Shown here: positions 20,289 to 32,079 of the stretch, piece by piece | Layout: the number at the start of each line of letters is the position of its first letter | Numbering within the stretch: position 1 is the stretch's first letter | From: Diplonema japonicum | Taxonomy: Eukaryota > Protista > Euglenozoa: Diplonemea | Direction: 5' to 3' | Assembly (NCBI GenBank): GCA_964019335.1 | Contig: OZ025680.1 | Span: 248,001-312,000 of the forward strand | Length of the DNA stretch: 64,000 nucleotides | Notes under the pieces: generated by a model | What the model saw: the letters and a program-made list of their open reading frames with translations, nothing else | The model's database searches: none | What the model was told of the DNA's origin: nothing | Made by a program: the position numbers and the translations under genes

Positions 20289-22150
20289 AAATATTTTATT
20301 TCACTCTTCAGAAATTACTTCACGCACTGGGGGGGCCATTACTTCACGCTAAATCTCATTACTTCACGGTGAAATAATGGCCTGTTTTCCGTGAAGTAAT
20401 AGGGGGTTTCCGTTAAATAATATGCCTCGGTAGGCCAATTTTTGCCTCGGTTCGGTTCCCAGTGGGGCTACTTTTTCTCTCAGTTTGCTATTTCCCCCCA
20501 GGTTCAGCTCAATTGGCCAACTTTTGCCTCGGCTCAGTTCCAAGTTGGACTACTTTTTCCTCCCAATTTGCCCACTTTTGGCTAGGCCTTATTCCCAGTT
20601 TCTGTGGGTAACTCTTCTGTGGGTAAGGGTAACTTAGTCAGCTTACCCAAGCCCCCCAAAAGACTTCAAAATACCGAAGCAGCAGAAAAAAAGGAGCCAG
20701 CGGCCGCGCTAGGTATGGGAAGGCCTGATTAGAGATGGTGACAGTGGCAATGCCAGCGACAGCGGCAGCTCTTAGTCAACAAAAGGAGGAAAAACAACTT
20801 GTATTGTAACCTTTGTAACCCCTCTCTTGTTGTACCCCCTTGTCACCCTGTTGTGCCCCTCGTGGTGAAGTAATTTCAGAGTGTCGTGAAATAAAACCAC
20901 TTACCTACCGCCAAGTAATGCTTTACCGACCTCTCGAGGTAACGGTAAAGTCATTACTTGTTGGCAGTAAATAGCTATTATTTTCACTCTTCGTCATTTT
21001 CTTCACTCACTAGAGGTCATTATTTAACGCGAAATGGGCATTATTTAGTTATTATTTAATTCGAGCCGGGTTTTCAAGGGTGGGAGTGAAAATAATATTT
21101 CACTTTATATCACGCTCAACATTATATTCACTCCCAGCTTATAGAGAAATAAGGCCCAGGAGTGACATAATGTACAGGAGTGATATAATGTTACATTATG
21201 TCACTCCTGCACCTATTTTAAGCCAAACTCCCTAGAAACACAGAAAACTATGGGAAGAAAGCCTAAGGCGATGGGGAGGATTACACGTCTCGGGGGTGCT
21301 AGTCAGTCTGCTCAACCCATCCCAGAATCAAGATTCTGCAGTGGGCCCCTGCATCCACCATACATGCAACCTCAGATGGTTCCGGCGGTAGCGATGCACA
21401 CAGGATAAGCCTCGACATCAACATTAATGTTAAGACCAACGAGAATTGGTAACTTGAAATCCCCTTGTAGCTTGTAATACCCAACCTTTTTTGCTGCCTC
21501 TCAGTTTTGATTTCTTCTTGCAACCTGTGCCCTGCGCCTGTAACCTCCCACCCTTTCAAACCCGGCTCTTATTAAATAAAACAACATATTAAATGAAAAT
21601 AAGTGCATTATTTCACTTGTGGTGGCGGGTTTAACTCGAAATTATTACTACACTCACTATGCTCGTGAAGTAATTCGGATCTTACTACACTCGCTTCGCT
21701 CGTGAAGTAAGATCCTCTCTCGTTAAACCCCCTGCCACCACGCGTGAAATAATGCAATCTTATTTTCATTTAATAAATAGTTAAAAAATAATGAGATTTT
21801 GCAGTTAAATAATGGCCCTTCAGAGTGAAAAAATGGGTCTCGCCGTGGAAAAAAAATGCACCCAACCCCTTGAAAAATCTTTTTGGGGTGGGGGGTATCA
21901 TCTGAGGCCATTCCAGCCCTTAAAAGTGGGAATAAGTGCCTTACTTCCCCTTTAAATGCCACGGCGAAATAGCTACCCTGTATTACCTTAGGAAAATCCC
22001 AAAAAGCTGACCTGCGTGAAAAAAAAACAGCAGTGAAAGCAGTGAAGAGTGAGTGACTCAAATGACGAAAAGTGAAATAAAACGACTTACTTGCCGCCAA
22101 ATGAGCCATTATTTAACACTCGTTACTGTTTTTTTTTGATCGAGGGCCCG
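20289..22150. mobile_element. Composite palindromic repeat region (nested non-autonomous inverted-repeat elements)
   Basis: Many copies of ATTA(C/T)TT(C/A)AC in both orientations. Inverted-repeat pairs at ~20980/22079, 21052/21579 and 21587/21775. 21787-22150 is nearly identical to 58630-59008. Confidence 0.7.
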
Positions 22151-22272
22151 CAGGGAACTCGATGGTTGAAAACGCGACACACCGAGAAGATGAACAACGT
22201 ATTCGGCATGCATGGCGGTGGGCAAAGCGGAGAGAATACAACCATCCCAAAATACCCCAACTCCTCTCTTGA

Positions 22273-22339
22273 CTCCGATCGAGCTACTCGTGTACAAGGG
22301 CCGCGGGTGGCCGCCCCCCGTCCTCGTCATGCGTCGTGC
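22273..22339. repeat. Dispersed ~68-bp GC-rich repeat (diverged copy; others at 47754 and 47909)
   Basis: ctactcgtg(g)tacaaggg...cgggtggcc...cgtcctcgtcatgcgtcgtgc is shared by three loci. Confidence 0.85.
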
Positions 22340-22922
22340 TATGAAAAAAAATAATAAAGGGAAAAGTTTGTGTGGAAAGGGAAGGAGAAAGGGGGGGGAA
22401 AAGAAGAAAAGAAAAAAGGAAAAGAAGGCCCTTCAATGGTGCTTGTTTTTTTTTTTTTTTTGAGATCTCGAAAAAAAAGGGGGGAAAAGAAAGGAATAAA
22501 AAAAAAAAAAGCGGGCCAAAATTCCCAGCCGTGGGGAATTTGGATAAACATGCTGGAGGGCACCACTAACCTTCTTGAGAGCTGAGGATGGAGGAAAAAA
22601 AAGGGGGGGGGAAAAGAGTAAATGAGAACCATGATCTTTTAATTGTTATTGAAACTCAGGAAGAACAAGGGGGGGGGGGGGGGGGGGAAGCTTCCTTACC
22701 CCCAAACTATAACCCTTCGGGGTTCCAAGTTTGAAGTCACTATTTCCCTCAATTTTGGAAAAAAGAAAAAAAAAAATCGTTGTCGCCAAATTGGAAACCC
22801 GAAGCGCAGCAGAAAAGAACACAGAAAAGAAAGAAAATCATAGAAAGGGAATGGGGAAGAAAGGGACTTGACGAAAGAAGGGAGTCGGAAAAATGGGCAT
22901 TGAATAAATAAACGTTTTCTTT

Positions 22923-22953
<31 letters not shown>

Positions 22954-23320
22954 CAAATTACTTTATTCCAAGAAAAACTCATCTCAAAACAAGAAATCAC
23001 AGTTTTTGAAGAAAGAAAAACTGGGGATTCTCTTTAGGATGAAGGGAAAAAAAAAAAAAAAAAAAAATGGGGGGAAAAAAACAGGGTTGTTATTTCAACC
23101 GCAACATGTTTCCCCCCTGCCTTCATATCATCTATGAAGCAAAGTACCCCCCCACTACCATAGGTAAGAAACCACCCCCCCCGAAACCTACTCCAAAAGG
23201 TATTTTTTTCCCCCCCGCTACCTCCGAAAAAGAAAAACATGCCCCCCCGCTACCTTGAAAAAAAAGAGAACAAAAAAAAAAAAAAAAAAAAAAACAAAAA
23301 AAAGCACACAGAACAGTCAG

Positions 23321-23351
<31 letters not shown>

Positions 23352-23366
23352 CCCTTTTATTTTTTT

Positions 23367-25498
23367 TTACTCCTCAACACGGATCTTAGCGAGCATGGCC
23401 TTGTACTTGTCGCTGGTGATCTTGAGCTTCTCATTACCCTTTTTTTTTTTTTTTTTTTTTTTTTTTGTATCGCTTCCAATACATACCGCTTCCTTCAACT
23501 TCCTCCACTCCTCGGCCTTGGCAAGGTGCTTGGCCTTGACCTCCTCGTTAGCTGCTTCGTTGGAAAGATCGAGCTCATCTGCCTCAGCAGTCATGGCGTC
23601 ACTGATACCGGTCAGGATGGGGTTGGACTCGTCAAGCTGGTTGGTAAGTGCCTCAACGATCTTGGTCTGCTTGGCAGCAGCCTTAGCGTCGCCCGTCTTG
23701 GTGGCGTCCTCCACGCCAAGCATGGCCTTGGATACCTCAATGGAGAGGAACAGAGTCAGGAAGTTCCTGATACCGAACCCACCACACCCAGGCCTGATCT
23801 TCAACGGCTTGCCCTCCGCCCCGCACACCGACGCAGAGCACACCCTCTGGATGAACTCAAAGAACGGCGCCTCCTCACCAGCCTTCTTCTGCAGAATGTT
23901 GCAAGTGAAGATCTGGTACAGAATGTCTTGACCCTGTGTTTTTTTTTAGTGTGGCAATTAAAAAAAGGTGGGCATACCTGAATGTCCACCAGCACCTTGT
24001 TCGTCACGATCTTGAGGTACGTCCCCTCGTCGATGTGGTCCTTCAGCAGGCTGTACATGTTGTTGTACCTGGCACGCTTCACGACCTGCACGACTGTCGC
24101 CATGTTGGAGGCGAACTCCTCCTTCAGGTCAGACGCCACATTCAGTGCCTTGATCTGCTCGTCGGTGATGTCCAGTTCCACCACACCTGTGGGGCTCGAA
24201 AGCTTGGCCTCCTGCATGGCGGCGCACACGGCGGCAGCGAGCTTCTCGGGCACACCCGCCCTGACGAGGTTCTGCTCAGCCAGCCTCCCGTAGTACGACC
24301 TGGGGATGTTCAGGAAGGTGAAGCCCTTCCCGGTGATCTTCCTGTAGTTGTTCACACGCTCGATGAACATGGTCAGGTCGGCCACCCTGCAGGCCAGGTG
24401 CTGCACACCCTGACCCATCTCCTTGATGAACCCGTGCACGTGCCCCACCTCACTGAGCGCGTTATTGATCGGGAGATACACCTGGGACTGGTCCTCGAAG
24501 ACAGTCTGGAGGTCGGTGGTGTTGAGGTTGCTAGTGTTCCCTGTCACAGTGGACTCAATGATGGCTTCGCCGGCGGCAACGACCCCAGCGTTGAAGTCGA
24601 CCTTCGGGGTGAACCCAAGCACGTCCTCAAGGGTGTTGAGGAAGGACTTCCTGTCGACGACGTTGCTGACCCAGTGGTCGGCGTACGAGGCAATCGAGGT
24701 ACCGTCGTACTTGGCGGGGACGTCCTCAAGACCGGGGAGCACACCCTGGGGGTTGCCGAAGCCGGCCTTGTGGGCGAAAGAACCGGTCCTCGAGGAGAAC
24801 CTGATGAAGGTACCCTTGTCGGCCTCGCCGCTCACAAGGTAGTAGGCGTACACGTCGAAGGACACGAAGGAGCCGAAGTCCACCATCTTGGTCTCACCGT
24901 TCCTGGTGACCTTCCTGGTGTCCTCGTACCTGTTGAGGCCCTTGTGGGCGAGGAGTTTGGGGTGCTTGGTCTCGTAGTTCTTGAAGACGCTCTCGATCTC
25001 GCTGGCGTCGAGTTCGAAGCCGAGGGCTGCGACACCGTCCCTGCCCACGTGGCAGTCGCGGAAGGTGTCGATGTTGGAGGCAAGGAAGTGCTGGTAGGGC
25101 TCATCAGCGTCGCTGTCGCCGGTCTTAGTGGTCACAACGCACTTCTGGCCGCAGGGGTCGTTGGAGCAGACGAGGAGGGACCTGGTCGAAGGGCCCACGT
25201 ACTCAGCGGTGACCCTCCACCCGGCACCGACGATGAGCTGCTCCACGACATCCTGCCCGCTGCCCTTGAACTCATCAGGGTCCTTCACGTCATTCGAGAT
25301 CGTCTTCCAGACCTCCCTCCCCTCCCTCACCCTCTCAGGAAGGGCGTCGGCGTTGAGGAACCTCATACCACCCGAGAAGGGGTCGTAGCTGCCCTTGTTC
25401 GCCAGGCTGCAAAGATCCTCCTCAAGCTGCTTGTACTCGCTGAGAGGCTTCAGCGAGGACTGGTACATGTGCGTGTGGTGGAAACGGCAATTGCTCAT
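23367..25498 (-). CDS. HPD: 4-hydroxyphenylpyruvate dioxygenase; exons 25498-23978, 23933-23487, 23438-23367 (~679 aa)
   Basis: Fe-ligand motifs DHWVSN, GVQHLA and FFEFIQR. Splicing restores VLVDIQGQDILYQIFT and GCGGFGIRNF. Confidence 0.92.
23439..23486 (-). other. Intron, 48 nt, phase 0, in frame with no stop (HPPD intron 2)
   Basis: GCG|gtatgt...poly(A)ag|GGT; removal deletes a spurious VCIGSDTKKKKKKKKK insert. Confidence 0.75.
23934..23977 (-). other. Intron, 44 nt, phase 0 (HPPD intron 1)
   Basis: CAG|gtatgc...cactaaaaaaaaacacag|GGT; required to join conserved HPPD motifs. Confidence 0.92.
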
Positions 25499-25617
25499 TT
25501 TGACTAAAAACTAAACTTAAACTTTAAAAAAAAACTGGAAGAAGGGGGTGGCCCTTTTTTTAAAACTCTTTTTTTTCCTATGATGGTTATATTCCTCTAG
25601 AATAGAAAAAGTACTAC

Positions 25618-25649
<32 letters not shown>

Positions 25650-25651
<2 letters not shown>

Positions 25652-26660
25652 AAACCGAGAACTGCTCCACAATTCTGTCCACGACCGTAGGGTCCTCTAA
25701 AGGCGGCCCGCAAATGTAAATAGAGGTAGGGAACGTTGCAGTGACGATCTTCCCAGTAGGGGAAATGTACTTGTGCCCGTTTGCGGGCAGGTGTATTGTA
25801 GATTGGATGTAAGGATCGAGAGGTTGGTAAGGCGAATACTTTTGAATTTTTTTATGCGGAGAAAAGGGCGTATCAACAGCATGAGACCGACCGACCACCA
25901 CCACACGAAGGGATGGATTGTCTCGAAGCCAGGAAGCTGCCAGGCAACTTGCCTTGTTGAGGTGATACAATGTAAAGGGCGGGTTGAGAACCCAACCCGA
26001 TGCCAAGCTTGGGCTGACATTAAAAACGTTCCCCCGTGAGTTGAAAGCTTTGTCCACATCAGGAAAAAGTGAACAATACGCCCCACCGTAGGGAAGCAGG
26101 TGGGAGTTGAAAGGACTTGCAAATCCTTCACCGTTGCACAACAGTTCCAGGCGCAGTATTTCGTAAACCTCAGGAGGGATGCTCCATTGTTGGGACGATG
26201 CTAAAGCCGCTTTGTATCTTAACACCACAGACATGACAGGTGCAACCCCGCACATAGAGGTGAGTAGCTTGATCCTTCCTGAGTAAGGAACGGTTAACTT
26301 ACTCATCTTAATAGTGTCATTCGTTGTGTGTATCGGTATCGTGGACCACGCTGCGCGTTTGTGTCTTGATCTCGCTCCGTTCACTTCGGTCATGATTTTT
26401 AAAACTCTTTCGGATGATCTTTCCGTGCCGATGCGGTCCAGGTCCCCCTTTAGTTTGGCGACGAACTTGTCTCCAACATCTTTGCTCTTCGAGTACATTT
26501 TCGGCCACTCGCCACCAGCATCATAGTTCGCTAGACAAAACACCTCCACCGCCTTTCGCACCCCACCTTGCTGCTTAGCTTGAACACCTTCGTTCGCAAT
26601 ACCCAACACCCTCCGTGTCAACCGCCATTGGAAATACTCTAATGTTGCAACCCTCTCCAT
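25650..26660 (-). CDS. PCIF1/CAPAM-like adenine-N6 methyltransferase domain protein
   Basis: Motifs QWSIPPEVY, EGFASPFN, YCSLFPDVD..F.SRG and NPPF. Confidence 0.8.
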
Positions 26661-26818
26661 TGGTTTGCCTTGGGCTTGATAAGATCAAAAGCCGAGAATC
26701 AGGTTTTCCTCTTTTTTAAGGGGAAAAAAAAAAAAAAAAAAAGAAAGAAAAATAAACGGTTATGGGAAGGGAGAGATTTTTTTTTTTTTTTTTTTTTTTT
26801 CCATTTTCCTTTTTTTTT

Positions 26819-28781
26819 TTAATGCCGCTCATGGTAAAAACTCTCTTCCAAACTTGTAGGATATCGAGGACTGTGCTTGGTTTGGGTAGTGAGCCCAGTG
26901 AGCACGGCGTTGGTCGGGGTAGTCTGTATGTTATCATCCCCATCCCACAAACACAACTCATACCATACAGTAACCACCAGAGGCCTTGGTGACGTTGTCT
27001 AAATCATCTAAAAACCAAGCATTCGAGGCCCGCAGCCAGTTGATCTTGGAAATGGCGCCGTCGAGACAGGTTGCGTGGAAGATATACCAATCGAATTTGT
27101 CTCTATTCCGCTGTTGAGGTTTCCATTTAAACGTACGTTGCCCCGTGTCGGAACGATGCTCGGAACTGGGGACTTTGTAGTTGCACTTCATGTTGTAAAG
27201 CCACTTGTCGAGGCAGGTATTCGATGTGCCGTGGGTGTGATCGTATTTTAAAGAGAGTTTCAACGCGTTTTGATCCGATATGGATGGAGGGGGGAACATC
27301 AATATCGACTCGAACAGCCTTGCAGCGTTGCCGTCGGTTCTCAGCAGGTAGAACCCGGTGTTCACGCTGAACCTGTTTGGAGTGTCGCATTGGTGCGAGA
27401 AATCCACGTTTTTTTTCAACACATCCGGCAACGGGTTGTTCCAAAACGACATATCCATATCGACCATTAAGAAATTGTACCCAAGCGACAGAACCTTCAA
27501 AGCCAGCCTTGGTTTGATCCAAGACAGTTCCTCGGTGACTTTTCGGTTGAATCCTTTTTTAAACCCGGAGCCGCCTTCTTTCATATCGTCCTCGGATTCT
27601 GCGTATTTGACGGCGTTGAAGCAAGGCAGCCTGTTTGCAATGCAAAGCTGTAAGGAAGCACAATCAAGTGTTGCGACAATATAATTCCGCATCGCTGCGT
27701 TCGCCACCATCGAGTGGACTATGTTGTGCAAATGGTCCACCCAGAATGAATTGAATATGAACACGGACACAACGTTGTTACCGTCGGCTTGTGTTTTCAA
27801 AAGTTTTGGTAGGTTCGCGTGTAAGCCTTCGTATGGAAAGGTAACGTCTTCCTTCGGGGCAAGCCAAGGGGCGGAGTGTGCTTCAATGCATTTACGTGCT
27901 TGTTTTTGATTCGTTTTGCGGTAGATTTCAAAATCGAATTTTATCCGGTTGTTGGGTTTTGTTGTGTTTTTCGAAAGGCGTTTCGGGAACGCGTCCTGCG
28001 AAGGGAGCGGTGTTAGATCGTCCTTGCAATGCCGGCAGAGGCAGAAATGAATCGGAACAAAGGCAGCCGGTTCCGCCCCGCCTCGGCATAGGTACTTCGC
28101 CATGTGTAGCCGTTCCCACATGCAGACGACAAGCGCAGTTTTGTCAGCCAACATTGCGTTGTACGTTACCCCGTTTACAGTAAACGTTTTTGTCCACACC
28201 GCTTTGTACTTTTCAATGTAATAGCTGTTGTCCCTCCCTCTTGAGGACGCTTCGACGGTCTCGCCCCTTACGTTTTTCCCTGGTTTCTGCGGCGGCATGA
28301 ATTTCTCGGATACCCACACCACCACCACCGACCCGGATCTTGTTCTCCTCGCGACGTCTTCTGCCTCGTCCTTCAAAGCATTGTACACTGCTGGCAATGC
28401 TGTGGGGGCTCGTACTGCTTCCCTAGTTAGATCGTTGTAGCATCCCAAAAAATTATTTTGCACGGTTTTTCCCATTTTTTTCAGTGGTGTTGTGTCGTGT
28501 GTCGGCCATTGGATCGGGTTGGATTCAGTGTGTTTCGTGCCCAGTTCGCAAACTTCTGGGAGGACCGACACCTCCGTGGGGGTGGGTGTCTGGTGGTCCA
28601 AAACTGATTGTACTGAAGTATGTTCCACGGATGCGGAGGATATTCCCCTTATTTGGCTCAGTTGTGAATGCTGCAGCCATACTCCTGCCGTCACCAATAA
28701 CCCTGCTGCTGCTAGGATCACTGTTTTTACCTTGCTCGCACCCACGGCGCCTCCCTTTCGCTTCCTTTGTATTGGTGTCAT
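26819..28781 (-). CDS. Type II membrane nucleotide-diphospho-sugar transferase (GT77-like); exons 28781-26964, 26923-26819
   Basis: N-terminal TM; LGYNFLMVDMD (DxD), NP, NTGFYLLR and DQ motifs. Inferred 40-nt intron ATG|gtatga...acag at 26963-26924. Confidence 0.78.
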
Positions 28782-29469
28782 TTTCGCATTTTTTTTTTGT
28801 TTTTATTGTTATTATTTATTTTTTTTTTTTAAATTAAAATGCTCTAAATGTAGGGTGAGTGAGGGTGGCGAAAAAAAAAAAAAAAGAAACAAAAGTAATA
28901 ATAATAATAATAATCGAGATAGGGAGAGGGCGGACAATGCCTCTTTTTTTTTTTTGTTGTTGCAAAACAGGGGCTAGCAAGCAGGAAGAAAGGTAAGGGA
29001 AATAATAAAAAAAAAAGAGAAAAAAAGAATGAAAACAAAGATCTAACAAATAGAGGTAGAGTAAAAATGAAAAGAGAGAGGGAAATTAACAAAGATGAGA
29101 AAAAAAAACCACCCCCCCTAACCCGAGAAGAAAGAAATAACATTAACAAAAACTCACAAGAAAATACTTTCCAAAAAAAAAGAAAAAAAAAAAGAAAAAA
29201 AAAAAAAACAATTATCGAAGTTTTCTCTCCTTTTCTTTATTTTTTTTTTTCTTTCGTGGTTAATTTTTCTTTTTCCTTCTTATAAGCCAATTGGGCATTC
29301 ATTTCAAGTCGGAGAAATGAGAGGGAACGTAAGTAAAAGAAACAAAAACGACATAAAATAAAATAAAATAAAATAAAAAAAAACTCTCCTTCACAGGGAG
29401 AAAGAGCTGTGATTAGGATGACATTTTTTTTTTCCTTTAAATTCATCATTTTTTCATTCTTTCTTCGTT

Positions 29470-31392
29470 TCACGCGCACCCCAACAACCGCCTACGTTGC
29501 TCGAGGAGTTCCTCCAGGGCTTGGGCCTCTGCTTCAGCACCTTCCAAACGGTACACGGTGACCTCTTCCTCTTCGTCAATGTGCTCAGCAGCAGAGTACT
29601 CGACGCCCTCCCCTGAGGCGGGAGGAGGGGCATTCTCGTCTACATCTGCTACTCGAGCTCGCTTGATCTTCTTCTGTACCCATTTCTCGCTAGATTTCAC
29701 GTTCTCCTCCGCCTTGGCGATCTCAACATCTAGCTCAGCAACCATCCTCTGCACAGCCCGTGCTGTGGCGTCAAGCCTCGAATTGCTCGTCACCACAGCC
29801 CTGCAGCTCTCCCCGAACCTCAGTGTGTTCACTGTCTCAAGTGCATCCACTGCGCAAGGTGACCCTGTGATCAGTACCGAAGCAGATGCGTTCCCCCCTA
29901 TGACAGGTGCCAACAGGTGTGTCAGCTTGCTGTCCTGAAAGGGTACGTGTACCTTCTCCCCGCACTGCCTTGCATGCAAGGCCCGCACGCACTGCTTCAA
30001 CGCCAGCAGGCCTTTGTTGATGTGAATCGCCTCCTGCAGCCTCTCCCTCTTCTGGTAGTATTCGTTCCAGTTGGCACCCTCTTCCCCGTCGGTCCTCCCT
30101 GGCAGCTGGATGCCTTCGTGCACACCGGACTTTCTAATGTCCTCGCTCCCGCCTAAGTCGGCCAGGATCAGCATGGAGCTCACCACAGCCCCCGTCACAA
30201 GGTGGGTCTGCTTCAGTGTTAGGATGACCAGTGCGTGCGCTCGTGTCGACTTGTCGTTCATCTTGGTGCACGCACGTCGCTTCTGTTGGTCGCCTGTTTC
30301 GAGCAGTTCCTCAAGATGCTTGAGGGACTCGACGGTGTGCTGGGCACGTCCTTCGAGGACCCATCGCTGTGCGGCGGTTTTGCTCCGCGAGAGGGGCGCA
30401 CTCCCGTTCAGCAGGTCGGTGAGCTCATCACCGAAGATCTCGACATACGAGACGGCGAGGTCCGCGTCGATGATGTGGGAGCGGGTATCGGTCGCCTTCA
30501 TCACCTCCTCACAAGCAAGGGGGACAATGCCCTTGTTGGGACCCTCGCCGAACATGGTGTATGTCTTCCCGCTGCCCGTCTGCCCGAAGACGATGCAGCA
30601 CGCGTCGTTCCCGTTGATGAAGTCACGCACGGGTGCCGATGCGGCTGCGATGTAGACTTCTTGCTGGGTCCCGTTGTTGAAGGCAGCGTCGTAGTCAAAG
30701 ACACGCATTCCGGTACCGGGCGCCAAGGCGAGAACAGAGGTGTCGGTGATGTTGAGGATGGAGGCAGGCTGCTCGAAGGTCGTTTGGTTTTGAGCTTCGA
30801 TTTGAACAGTTGTTTCCTTTGAGCTGAAGACGTCTTTGAAGGGGTCGCAGGATTCACGCCCGCTCTCCTTCATGAGGATCTTCGCGGCCTCGGAGGTGGT
30901 TGTGCAGTTTTGGGCTTTTTTGATGCCCTCGAGGCGCTGGTGCAGAGGGAGCACCACGCGCTTCCCTGCCACAGTCCGCTTTCTGTCTGCTCCAATGTCG
31001 TCAGGACGGAAGCGGCATGTTACAGAGATGTTGAAGGTTTCCCCTGCACGGCCTGAGTCGTCGTCGGCTGCTGCTGCTGCTGCTGTGGTGGTGGTGGTGG
31101 TGGTGGTGGCGTCCGCTTGCCAAAGGTCACGGTACCTCCAGGTTCGCATGAATTCCTCTTTTCTAGTCCCCCTGCGCATCTTCATAGCATGGGGTGAAAC
31201 GTAAATATTGTACTTGTTACACAATTGTTTATCAAGCATTGTCCACCCGTGGCTTTCCTCTGTTCTCAGGAGCTCGAACCATGACTTGTTGAGGCTCAGC
31301 ATGTTCACGGCTTCCTGGATATCGCAGTACTGCAGCAACTCCGATACATTCTCTGCAAGAGCCGCAGAAGTGATCGTGACGATTTCTCTCAT
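29470..31392 (-). CDS. Divergent kinesin motor protein with N-terminal F-box-like segment
   Basis: CRFRP, P-loop GQTGSGKT, switch I NDKSTRAH, switch II DLGGSE, HVPFQDSKLT and ETVNTLRFG. N-terminal ELLQYCDIQEAVNMLSLNKSWFELL. Confidence 0.9.
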   Translation of the reverse strand: MREIVTITSAALAENVSELLQYCDIQEAVNMLSLNKSWFELLRTEESHGWTMLDKQLCNKYNIYVSPHAMKMRRGTRKEEFMRTWRYRDLWQADATTTTTTTTAAAAAADDDSGRAGETFNISVTCRFRPDDIGADRKRTVAGKRVVLPLHQRLEGIKKAQNCTTTSEAAKILMKESGRESCDPFKDVFSSKETTVQIEAQNQTTFEQPASILNITDTSVLALAPGTGMRVFDYDAAFNNGTQQEVYIAAASAPVRDFINGNDACCIVFGQTGSGKTYTMFGEGPNKGIVPLACEEVMKATDTRSHIIDADLAVSYVEIFGDELTDLLNGSAPLSRSKTAAQRWVLEGRAQHTVESLKHLEELLETGDQQKRRACTKMNDKSTRAHALVILTLKQTHLVTGAVVSSMLILADLGGSEDIRKSGVHEGIQLPGRTDGEEGANWNEYYQKRERLQEAIHINKGLLALKQCVRALHARQCGEKVHVPFQDSKLTHLLAPVIGGNASASVLITGSPCAVDALETVNTLRFGESCRAVVTSNSRLDATARAVQRMVAELDVEIAKAEENVKSSEKWVQKKIKRARVADVDENAPPPASGEGVEYSAAEHIDEEEEVTVYRLEGAEAEAQALEELLEQRRRLLGCA

Positions 31393-31799
31393 TTTCTTTT
31401 CTTGGGTTGGTTTTTTTTTTTTTTTTTTTTTAAAGATTACCTTTTTTTGTTTGATAGAGTGAGAAGAAAAACGGGGGAAACAAAAAAAAAAGAAGATACG
31501 TATAGTCTACAAAGGAGAAACTGAAGAGGGGGGGGGAGGGGGGAAGAACAGTAGCTAGAGCTGCACAAGAAATAAAAAGGGAATGAAAAGGAGATAAAAT
31601 AAAAAAGGGGGAAATATAATAATCTTTTGAAAGCTATTTTTTTTTTTCTTCTTCTTTTTTTATATTGTAATCAGAAAAATTATCTTTTTTCTCTTGCTTG
31701 ACACAAAATGCTTTGTGCCCCAAGAAAAAAAAAAAAAAAAAAAACGAAAACAAATGGGGCTTTGATTGCAACACTAGGTGGCGTTAAGCGTGCAATGAA

Positions 31800-32079
31800 G
31801 CACGAACTACCTACTTGATTACAGGGGCGCTCCTCGGCCGAGCAGTAGCTTCTTCTGCGTTCCGCGTCGTGTCCTTAATGCGTGCGGTGTGCTCAACCCT
31901 AGCCGGGGCGTCCCGGGTAACCAAGATTCTGCGCTCGTGCAGTTTGCTGCCTGTTCGTCACCCTGAGCATCTGCGTTACGTTCTTCCACTCGGGCGCCAC
32001 CGGTGATGACCGACGAGGAGGTCAACAGCGAACAACGCATCTGATGTACTTCTTATATTTCCATGTTATCCCCACCACC
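31800..32079 (-). mobile_element. ~280-bp short retroposon-like element, copy 1
   Basis: Reverse-complement match to 39300-39577 with scattered substitutions and indels; homology starts at the ribozyme G1. Confidence 0.75.
31946..32079 (-). ncRNA. HDV-like self-cleaving ribozyme, copy 1
   Basis: P1 GGUGGUG/CAUCACC; P2 GCUGUUG/CA(G)GCAGC; P3 ACC/GGU; L3 UCCUCGUC; P1.1 GG; P4 CGCCC-GAGU/GCUC(A)GGGUG; J4/2 ACGAA. Confidence 0.82.
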
